A stretch of 53,749 nucleotides of DNA, from IMG/VR virus record IMGVR_UViG_3300032086_001878, positions 1 through 53,749 of that record. One strand, 5' to 3'. The notes beneath the pieces were generated by a model. The model was given only the letters and a program-made list of their open reading frames with translations. It had not been told where the DNA came from and did not search any database. Source of the DNA: a virus (taxonomy: Duplodnaviria > Caudoviricetes). Of this stretch, positions 1-6,939 are shown one piece after another. Position 1 is the first letter of the stretch, and every line of letters starts with the position of its first letter. The translations under genes were made by a program, and so were the position numbers.

Positions 1-133
1 GGAGTTTTTCAATATATACAAAGGTCTGGGAGCTTATCATAAGAAGCTGACTGATGGTGTAATGAAGGACGGGCATATCACAACATTCTCCGGCCGACAG
101 TTTTACTGGCCTGATGAAACCAGACGTAGGAAC
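1..133. repeat. Terminal direct overlap, copy 1 (circular assembly)
   Basis: 1-133 matches 53617-53749 except C91 vs A53707. Confidence 0.97.
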
Positions 134-457
134 GGACGTACAAAGCACTACACTCAGCAAGTGAACTACCCCGTTCAGTCTACAGCCACCGCTGACATTG
201 TTCCCCTGTCCTGCATTCGAGCATTGCGAAAGTTTAAGGAGCTAAACCTTAAATCTAAGCTTGTTCTGACTGTTCATGACTCCATTGTTGTGGACACCCA
301 TCCTGATGAATTGGAACAGGTAAAAGAGGCTCTTACTTGGGCTATGGAAGGTGTTACGGAAGAGGCCACAGATCGATGGGGATATGAATTTGCACTACCG
401 TTGAAAATTGAAATCAGTGGGGGCAAAAATTGGTTGGATCAAGTCGAATTTAGTTGA
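1..457 (+). CDS. polA: DNA polymerase family A, C-terminal part (continues the 51950 ORF across the junction)
   Basis: In frame with the 51950 ORF through the overlap; NYPVQSTATAD and motif C VHDSI. Confidence 0.95.
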   Translation, partial: EFFNIYKGLGAYHKKLTDGVMKDGHITTFSGRQFYWPDETRRRNGRTKHYTQQVNYPVQSTATADIVPLSCIRALRKFKELNLKSKLVLTVHDSIVVDTHPDELEQVKEALTWAMEGVTEEATDRWGYEFALPLKIEISGGKNWLDQVEFS

Positions 458-483
458 CTAACGCCACTTAGTTATGCCATACT
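454..483 (+). promoter_or_regulatory. sigma70-like promoter containing the ACGCCACTTAGT motif
   Basis: TTGACT-N18-CATACT upstream of the 520 ORF. Confidence 0.55.
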
Positions 484-519
484 ATAAGTCCTACTAATTA
501 AAAAGATCGGGTAGTAATA

Positions 520-1371
520 ATGAATGATCTAACTACAATAGATCCTGCACAATTGCAGGAATTACAGGCTGAACTTGGAACACAAATTCAGGGTGGTGGC
601 GAAAGCTCCATTGTAAAAGTTCCAGAACTAAAAATTAATGCTAGAAGCAAAGATAAGCAGACTAAAAAATCTATACCTGAAGGACATTTTTTCTTAAATG
701 GTACAGATAAAAAAGCTTATGCCGAAAGCGTTATGTTTCGCCCTTTAAGCTCTCATATCCAGTACTTCCACTGGGATGAAGTGGACGGGCAAAGAAAGCT
801 ACTTAATAAAAGCATTCCAGTTATTAACAACAAGGAAGAAGCCAACGATATGTTGGGTACAATTGCTTGTGGAATGCCTTCTTGGGAAGACCGTAAAGAA
901 TTAGAAAAGTCTGAACAAACAAGGTGGCGGTCTATGCAGCATCGAATAACCAGAGGCTTAGTTAGCTATACTGGTAAAACTGCGGATGGTGAAGAAGTGG
1001 TGTATGAAAATCAACCATGTATCATGTTCCATAAAAACTCTAACTACTCTGGGTTTTGGAACCAGTTTATGCGGAAGCTTCCTAGAGGTAAACAACTCTA
1101 CGAGTATCAAGCAAAGCTGACTTCTGAGTATCAGGAAAATGGATCAGTAACATGGTATACGTTCAACTATGAACCTGACCTATCTAATCCACTTCCTATT
1201 ACCGATAAAATTTTCCAAACAATGAAAGTCTTTAGTGACAGCATTAAAGCGGAAAAGAAGCAGGTCATGGACGCTTACTTTAAGGCAATTAAAGAAAGCT
1301 CTGTGGATGGTGCTGCTATGAAAGCATTAGGTGACAGTCTTGAAGAAGACTTCGAGGATGCCGCAGCCTAA
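520..1371 (+). CDS. Putative ssDNA-binding protein
   Basis: 283 aa, directly after polA, acidic C-terminal tail (SLEEDFEDAAA); function inferred from position and tail. Confidence 0.5.
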   Translation: MNDLTTIDPAQLQELQAELGTQIQGGGESSIVKVPELKINARSKDKQTKKSIPEGHFFLNGTDKKAYAESVMFRPLSSHIQYFHWDEVDGQRKLLNKSIPVINNKEEANDMLGTIACGMPSWEDRKELEKSEQTRWRSMQHRITRGLVSYTGKTADGEEVVYENQPCIMFHKNSNYSGFWNQFMRKLPRGKQLYEYQAKLTSEYQENGSVTWYTFNYEPDLSNPLPITDKIFQTMKVFSDSIKAEKKQVMDAYFKAIKESSVDGAAMKALGDSLEEDFEDAAA

Positions 1372-2222
1372 TGCTACAGCAACAGCTTGAAATGACGTTG
1401 GACAAACTCTCCAATGACGAATTTGATGGATTAACTATCGATGAAGCATGGATAGAAGAGGCAGGTGAAGAGTTCAAAGCAGCCCTTCGCAAGCAGCTTA
1501 CTCCTCAAGAGGATGGTTTTCGCTTGAGGATGTCCAACGTTGGCAAGCCTCTGTGCCAATTACAGCATGGAGCTATGGGTTCTGAAAAGAAGCGTAAAAA
1601 CTACAACTTCAAAATCCAGATGCTCATTGGTGACGCAGTAGAATGTATCGCCAACATCATGCTGAAGATTGCAGGTGCAAACATCACAGGTGGTAAGAAC
1701 CAAGTCGAATTAAAGATTGGTGAAACCGTTGTGAAGGGTGAGGATGATATTGAAATAGATCATAAGATTTATGACGTAAAATCCTGTAGCCCGTGGGCCT
1801 TCGATAATAAATGGTCAAAAGGTTACTCTGGATTAAAAGAGAGTGATGATTTTGGCTATGTCGGACAGCTTACGGGCTACGCACAGGCACAGGAAAAGGA
1901 ACTGGGTGGATGGATTGTTGTTAATAAGTCTGATGGACGTATTAAAATAGTCGAAGCGGAAACTTCTAAAACTGAAATAGCAATGAACCTATTTATGATA
2001 GGCCATAATATTAATCAGGTTAACAAAAAGACTCCGCTTGCCCGTCAATTTGAACCTATAGTTGATAAATTTAGAGGTAAGCCTACAGGACTTAAACGAT
2101 TAGGTAAAACGTGTGAGTTCTGTGATTACACCAAAGCCTGTTATCCAACTGCCAAATTGATGGCGCATCCAAAAAGCGAAGCTAAGAACCCACCAATGTA
2201 TTGGTTTATTGAGGATGATTAA
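1371..2222 (+). CDS. PD-(D/E)xK / Cas4-like exonuclease
   Basis: GEDD..IYDVKS motif, GYVGQLTGY, split Cys cluster (C..CEFCDYTKAC). Confidence 0.75.
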   Translation: MLQQQLEMTLDKLSNDEFDGLTIDEAWIEEAGEEFKAALRKQLTPQEDGFRLRMSNVGKPLCQLQHGAMGSEKKRKNYNFKIQMLIGDAVECIANIMLKIAGANITGGKNQVELKIGETVVKGEDDIEIDHKIYDVKSCSPWAFDNKWSKGYSGLKESDDFGYVGQLTGYAQAQEKELGGWIVVNKSDGRIKIVEAETSKTEIAMNLFMIGHNINQVNKKTPLARQFEPIVDKFRGKPTGLKRLGKTCEFCDYTKACYPTAKLMAHPKSEAKNPPMYWFIEDD

Positions 2223-2572
2223 TGCCATTAAAAACCCAATCGGCAAAAGCCAAGGGTAGGCGGCATCAGCAATGGGTAAGGGACAAAATTCTAGCTCTGT
2301 TTCCTAAACTGGAACCAGACGATGTTAGATCTACTAGCATGGGCGCAGGGGGTGAAGATATTCAGTTATCTCCTGCGGCTAGAAAACTGTTTCCTTATTC
2401 CGTTGAGTGCAAGTCTCTGAAGGCTCTGAGCATTTATAAAATCATGCGTCAGGCTGAAGATAACTGCCCCTCTAAAGCAGAACCAATAGCGATTGTGAAA
2501 GCTAACAGGGAAAAGCCTCTGGCAATCATCGATGCAGAACATTTTTTTAAACTGATTGGAAATAAAAAATGA
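2222..2572 (+). CDS. Putative Holliday-junction resolvase / endonuclease
   Basis: SAKAKGRR..Q, GEDI, SVECK PD-(D/E)xK pattern. Confidence 0.7.
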   Translation: MPLKTQSAKAKGRRHQQWVRDKILALFPKLEPDDVRSTSMGAGGEDIQLSPAARKLFPYSVECKSLKALSIYKIMRQAEDNCPSKAEPIAIVKANREKPLAIIDAEHFFKLIGNKK

Positions 2573-2874
2573 GTAGTAAAGACGAAGTTCCACAGGCTTG
2601 TGGCCTCTTTCTCATTCCACTGGATGATATGAGTTTCACAATTCGCCCCTTTAATAACCTTCACCAGACAATGCCTGAAGAAGATGCAGATCGATACGAA
2701 GAAATGATCTACGGCCTGATGCATATCGCTTCAGAGGGGTACGAATACTTAACTTCAGTAGGCAAGATAATTTTAGAAAACGAGCGCAGCAATAGCGTCG
2801 AGTTCGAGGCAGATGAAGAGCTTCTGGATGCCATCGCTGAATCCAAAATCATACCATTTAATAGGAAAAACTAA
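2569..2874 (+). CDS. Hypothetical protein
   Basis: 101-aa ORF translationally coupled to neighbours. Confidence 0.75.
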   Translation: MSSKDEVPQACGLFLIPLDDMSFTIRPFNNLHQTMPEEDADRYEEMIYGLMHIASEGYEYLTSVGKIILENERSNSVEFEADEELLDAIAESKIIPFNRKN

Positions 2875-3179
2875 TGAGCATACCTCACGTTCAAAAAAAC
2901 GATCAATATACCCTGACGATAGGGGAAAAAACATTTACGGCAGATGCTGATATGGTGAACAGCCCACCGCATTACTCAAAGAGCCGCATCGAATGTATAG
3001 ATGCTATGGCGGCAATGGCAGAGGGTGCAGATATATCAGCCCACGCCAGTTACTGTTGGCAGTCTGTTTTCAAGTATCTTTGGCGATTTCCATACAAAGG
3101 CAAGGGCATAGAGGATCTCGAAAAGGCTGAATATTTCCTCAAGCGATTAATCAAAGAAATTAAAAAGGGAGAGACATGA
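2874..3179 (+). CDS. DUF3310 protein (T7 gp1.7-like nucleotide kinase family)
   Basis: DMVNSPPHY..IECIDAM..KYLWR..KG..EDLEKA signature. Confidence 0.8.
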   Translation: MSIPHVQKNDQYTLTIGEKTFTADADMVNSPPHYSKSRIECIDAMAAMAEGADISAHASYCWQSVFKYLWRFPYKGKGIEDLEKAEYFLKRLIKEIKKGET

Positions 3180-3607
3180 TAACACCTGGATATGAGTATT
3201 ATTATGAGGACAACGAACTAATCCGTGATCCTAATACTTATTTAAATAAAACCCCACTAGAAATGGTTACACAGTTTGCCAAAACGTATAAGCAATCTGT
3301 TAATCTACCGTGGATGAAAGACACCCGACAAGACCTACTACGGTTGATGTTGGTGAAGGAAGAATACGCTGAACTTATCAGCGCAACAGACGAAGAGAAC
3401 CTAATCAAAGAATTAGCTGATCTAGTCTATGTAACTTACGGATACGCAGCCACTTTCGGGTGGAATTTAGATGAAGCCGTAAGACGTGTTCACGCATCTA
3501 ATATGTCAAAATTAGATGAAGAAGGTGAGCCTATTTTCCGTGAGGACGGGAAAGTACTTAAAGGGCCAAATTACAGAGAGCCTTACTTAGAAGATTTAAA
3601 ACAATAA
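3176..3607 (+). CDS. MazG-like / PRA-PH-like NTP pyrophosphohydrolase
   Basis: EEYAEL..KELADLVYV..VHASNMSK..REDGKVLKGPNY. Confidence 0.85.
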   Translation: MITPGYEYYYEDNELIRDPNTYLNKTPLEMVTQFAKTYKQSVNLPWMKDTRQDLLRLMLVKEEYAELISATDEENLIKELADLVYVTYGYAATFGWNLDEAVRRVHASNMSKLDEEGEPIFREDGKVLKGPNYREPYLEDLKQ

Positions 3608-3627
3608 TACCCTTGGGAGCAATAATA

Positions 3628-5397
3628 ATGATAAAAAATGAATACGGGCCGACACTACCAATCTCTGAAGGAATACACGCCACTAAATACCGAAGTGAAG
3701 GTGAAACATTCTACGAGGCTATGACCAGAGTAGCAGACGCATTAAAAGACGATACTGTTCACTTCGAACAGTTTAGAACAATCCTTTATAACCAACGGTT
3801 CCTACCTGCAGGTAGAGTGCAATCAGCTATGGGTGCGCCCCGTACTGTAACGCCCTACAATTGCTTTGTTTCCTCTACGATTGAGGACAGTATGGATGGC
3901 ATCACCAGAGCCGTTGCAAGGGCCGCTAAGACCATGCAATTAGGTGGCGGTATCGGGTACGACTTCAGTACGTTACGGCCTCATGGGGCGCTTATAAAGA
4001 GCCTAGACAGCAAGTCTAGCGGCCCCCTAAGTTTCATGGGAATTTTTGATGCAACTTGCAAGACAATTAGCTCCGCAGGGCATCGAAGAGGCGCTCAAAT
4101 GGCAGTGATGCGAGTGGATCATCCTGACATCGAAAAGTTCATTCGGGCAAAGAACAATAGCACTGACCTAACCCAGTTTAACATGAGTGTTGCGGTCACC
4201 GATAAGTTCATGGAAGCGGTAAAAACAGACAGCGACTTTGACTTAGTTTTTGAGGGAACAGCTTACAAGACCGTCAAAGCAAAAGCTCTGTGGGATGATA
4301 TTCTCAGAAGTACATGGGATTGGGCTGAACCTGGAATCCTATTCATCGATAGAATTAATCAGAAGAATAATCTACACTATTGTGAAACGATTGCGGCTAC
4401 AAACCCTTGTGGTGAGCAACCATTGCCACCCAACGGTGCATGTTTACTAGGTTCATTTAATTTAACTAAGTACGTTGTGATGCATGATGCGGTAGGCAAA
4501 TGGGGCTTAAAGGATAAGTACGTCTTCAATATGAACATGCTCAAGAATGATATTCCTTGGGTAGTTCGGGCAATGGATAACGTAGTCGATAGAGCAACCT
4601 ACCCTCTTCCTGAACAAGAAGAAGAAGCCAAAAACAAAAGGCGCATGGGCTTGGGTGTTACTGGTGTTGCAAACGCTATCGAAGCTCTTGGCTTTGAGTA
4701 TGGCTCAGATGATTTCATCAGGATCTTCGAGGACATCATGGCTACCATCCGTGATGAAGCTTACAAAGCTTCCATAGAACTTGCTAAAGAAAAAGGTAAG
4801 TTTCCGCTATTTAAAAAGGATTACCTTACTAGCGGCTTTGCTATGACCTTACCAACTGAAATCAGGACTGAGATTGCAAAGCATGGCATCCGTAACAGCC
4901 ACCTTTTGTCTATAGCCCCAACGGGAACTATTTCTTTGACTGCAGATAATGTATCATCTGGCATAGAGCCTGTGTTTAATCATGGCTATGACCGCACGAT
5001 ACAAACCTACGATGGGCCTATCGTCGAGCGAGTAGATGATTATGGCTACCGTGAGTTTGGTGTAAAAGGAAAGACCGCTAACGAACTCTCAGTCTTCGAT
5101 CATGTGCGAGTTTTAAATATAGCAAGTAGATATGTTGATTCCGCTTGCTCGAAGACGTGCAATGTTGGTGACCATGTAAAATTTGATGAATTTAAAAAGG
5201 TATACATGGATGCATATGAGGGCGGTAGTAGCGGTTGCACAACTTTTCGTAGAAAAGGGAAGAGAAACGGCATTCTCAATGCTTCGGCATCTGAGGACGT
5301 TGTAGAAGAGCCTCAGAAAGAGGCCAACGCAGACTTCGTAGACGAAGGTGGGGCTTGTTACTTTGACCCATCAACAGGACTGCGAAAATGCGAGTAA
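3628..5397 (+). CDS. nrdJ: Ribonucleotide reductase, class II (B12-dependent)
   Basis: TNPCGEQ active site, NCF, SIAPTGT, C-terminal Cys pair; no beta-subunit gene seen; ATG 3628 follows GGAG. Confidence 0.85.
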   Translation: MIKNEYGPTLPISEGIHATKYRSEGETFYEAMTRVADALKDDTVHFEQFRTILYNQRFLPAGRVQSAMGAPRTVTPYNCFVSSTIEDSMDGITRAVARAAKTMQLGGGIGYDFSTLRPHGALIKSLDSKSSGPLSFMGIFDATCKTISSAGHRRGAQMAVMRVDHPDIEKFIRAKNNSTDLTQFNMSVAVTDKFMEAVKTDSDFDLVFEGTAYKTVKAKALWDDILRSTWDWAEPGILFIDRINQKNNLHYCETIAATNPCGEQPLPPNGACLLGSFNLTKYVVMHDAVGKWGLKDKYVFNMNMLKNDIPWVVRAMDNVVDRATYPLPEQEEEAKNKRRMGLGVTGVANAIEALGFEYGSDDFIRIFEDIMATIRDEAYKASIELAKEKGKFPLFKKDYLTSGFAMTLPTEIRTEIAKHGIRNSHLLSIAPTGTISLTADNVSSGIEPVFNHGYDRTIQTYDGPIVERVDDYGYREFGVKGKTANELSVFDHVRVLNIASRYVDSACSKTCNVGDHVKFDEFKKVYMDAYEGGSSGCTTFRRKGKRNGILNASASEDVVEEPQKEANADFVDEGGACYFDPSTGLRKCE

Positions 5398-5436
5398 GTG
5401 AGGCTAGGGTTTCCGTAATGTTATTGAGGCAGTTTC

Positions 5437-5631
5437 ATGCAGGAAGACCCCTACCAGACAGGTTATCAAGATTTCTTCGAAGGAAACCTAACCTGTAAAT
5501 ATCGATCCCGAAGCTTCTATGCAAAAGAGTGGCTTCGGGGTTTCAACGCAGCATTCAACTATAACAGGCAAGCAAATGTACAAAGAGTTCCAGAAAAAAG
5601 ACTACCAAGAGTCAGATGGTGCAGCCCGTGA
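5437..5631 (+). CDS. Rmf/CrpP-fold-like small protein
   Basis: GY....G....C.Y......W..GF spacing resembles ribosome modulation factor; GAGG RBS. Confidence 0.5.
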   Translation: MQEDPYQTGYQDFFEGNLTCKYRSRSFYAKEWLRGFNAAFNYNRQANVQRVPEKRLPRVRWCSP

Positions 5632-5998
5632 AGCAGCTAAAAGCTTTTGGCGTTCACTGGGGTATGTTTGTAAGGACAATCCTGACGAGTTCGGGGTTGA
5701 CCTAATAGTTGAAGGACGTAACAGGCGTTTCTACTGTGAAGTAGAGCGTAAGAAGGTTTGGCATGGTGTTTCGTTTAAGTACGACACCATCCACCTTCCT
5801 GTTCGTAAGGCTAAGTTCCTTAACAAACCCACACAGTTCATGGTGTTCAACAACAGTTTGACCCATGCCGCCATCTTTGGACGCAAGATTGTTAAGGAAA
5901 GCCCAACTGCAGAAGTACCTAACTACAAGATTGCTTTCGGTGAAAAGTTCTACGATGTTCCAGTAGCCAAAGCTCACTTTATTAAGACACTTAACTAA
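5576..5998 (+). CDS. Putative PD-(D/E)xK endonuclease
   Basis: FGVDLIV..FYCEVERK; ATG at 5576 preferred over the track start. Confidence 0.55.
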   Translation: MYKEFQKKDYQESDGAAREAAKSFWRSLGYVCKDNPDEFGVDLIVEGRNRRFYCEVERKKVWHGVSFKYDTIHLPVRKAKFLNKPTQFMVFNNSLTHAAIFGRKIVKESPTAEVPNYKIAFGEKFYDVPVAKAHFIKTLN

Positions 5999-6012
5999 TT
6001 TATTTTTAGGTA

Positions 6013-6041
6013 TTGACTAAGTGGCGTTTTGATTCTACTAT
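6013..6041 (+). promoter_or_regulatory. sigma70 promoter of sRNA-1
   Basis: TTGACT-N17-TACTAT; overlaps ACTAAGTGGCGT motif and a GATTC. Confidence 0.7.
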
Positions 6042-6047
6042 TAGAGT

Positions 6048-6178
6048 TATCAAAGGAATGTTTCTTTCTTTCTGTCCTTTGTGTTTCTGTTTTGGGAAGT
6101 TACGGTGATTGGTCGCACTGGCTTCGTTGGATATGGGTAAACCCTCGTAGGCACTTAAACTTACGGGGGTTTATTTTT
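6048..6178 (+). ncRNA. Candidate sRNA-1 (three hairpins, one with an AUUGGUC loop)
   Basis: Own promoter; stem CAAAGGA/TCCTTTG; GGTG/CACT stem around ATTGGTCG; 14-bp terminator stem plus T-tract. Confidence 0.6.
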
Positions 6179-6189
6179 AGAGATAAAAA

Positions 6190-6264
6190 ATGTGGATTGA
6201 TTTAGTAATAATTGTTGGGGCCGTGATAATACTGTACACGGTCTGGAAGGATACAAACGACTGA
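6190..6264 (+). CDS. 24-aa hydrophobic peptide MWIDLVIIVGAVIILYTVWKDTND
   Basis: Manually translated; single TM-like segment; weak RBS. Confidence 0.45.
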   Translation: MWIDLVIIVGAVIILYTVWKDTND

Positions 6265-6282
6265 CAAAAAGCCCCGTAGCTA

Positions 6283-6312
6283 TTGACCACAGGGCTTTAG
6301 ATCGTATATAAT
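6283..6312 (+). promoter_or_regulatory. sigma70 promoter of sRNA-2
   Basis: TTGACC-N18-TATAAT. Confidence 0.65.
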
Positions 6313-6318
6313 ATACTT

Positions 6319-6386
6319 GAAGTTGGCGGTTTGGTCACTGCCTTTTTCAGTTTAGTAACCCTAGGCTTAATCGCCTAGGGTTTTTA
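6319..6386 (+). ncRNA. Candidate trans-antisense sRNA-2
   Basis: GGCGGT-[TTGGTC]-ACTGCC hairpin, then terminator AACCCTAGG/CCTAGGGTT plus T-tract; complementary to early-gene leaders. Confidence 0.7.
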
Positions 6387-6390
6387 CTTT

Positions 6391-6567
6391 TCAGGTAACG
6401 ATTATATCTTCACCATCATCATAACTTGAGCCATCCTTGAACGGTATTGCAGTAAAAGTGTCGAGAGTGCATACGATCAAATATTGCTGATCTGCTTCTT
6501 TACTTTTTTGCGCTGCCTCAAGCAATGCATTGCCAAATTCATTGGCTTTTTGTGCAGTTAATAGCAT
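6391..6567 (-). CDS. 58-aa hypothetical protein (paralog of 46259-46438)
   Basis: MLLTAQKANEFGNALLEAAQKSKEADQQYLIV...; strong AAAGGAG RBS; not in the ORF track. Confidence 0.8.
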   Translation of the reverse strand: MLLTAQKANEFGNALLEAAQKSKEADQQYLIVCTLDTFTAIPFKDGSSYDDGEDIIVT

Positions 6568-6738
6568 TAACTACTCCTTTATTATATGTTACTACAACAG
6601 GCGTTATTAGAGGGAACTACCCTCTGCCTAATGTAATTCTGACGTAGGAAGTACTCAAAGGTCAACAGATAAATTTGCGTAATTTTTTGAAAACTTTGTT
6701 GACTCGAAAAAAGTCAATAAAATCAATGCTGCCAAAAG

Positions 6739-6747
6739 TTATCCACA
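6739..6747 (+). promoter_or_regulatory. DnaA box
   Basis: Perfect TTATCCACA in an intergenic region. Confidence 0.4.
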
Positions 6748-6791
6748 TCTATATGTTGATATTTACCAGGTCTAAAATCAATATATAGTAT
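6746..6791. promoter_or_regulatory. Tandem NrdR-box-like pair
   Basis: Cores CTATATGTTG (6749) and CAATATATAG (6779), 30 bp apart. Confidence 0.35.
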
Positions 6792-6876
6792 GCGATACTA
6801 TGGGATGTATAGCATAAAAATAAAAAAAAACTCCCGAATCATTTGACCCAAGAGCTTTTATTCTATTATGAATAGT

Positions 6877-6939
6877 TAAAGGGATTAACTACCCCTTTGT
6901 TATATGTTACGCCCCCTAGCTTCGGCTTGGGGGTTTTTT
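6877..6939 (+). ncRNA. Candidate antisense sRNA-3
   Basis: TTGACC at 6843; AAAGGG-[ATTAACTAC]-CCCTTT hairpin; TTCG terminator plus T6; 25/27 match to 6566-6592. Confidence 0.7.

Noticed and set aside
62-457. Stand-alone 131-aa gene in the ORF track
   Set aside because: It is the C-terminus of polA, split by the circular junction
1371-2222. CRISPR-associated cas4
   Set aside because: Solo Cas4-like nucleases are common in phage replication modules; no array or other cas genes present
6058-6108. 16-aa ORF MFLSFCPLCFCFGKLR inside sRNA-1
   Set aside because: The SD-like AAAGGA abuts the ATG with no spacing and is sequestered in a stem
6640-6654. LexA box upstream of the 58-aa ORF (TGAC-N7-GTAC)
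   Set aside because: Two mismatches to the GAAC half-site; too weak to call
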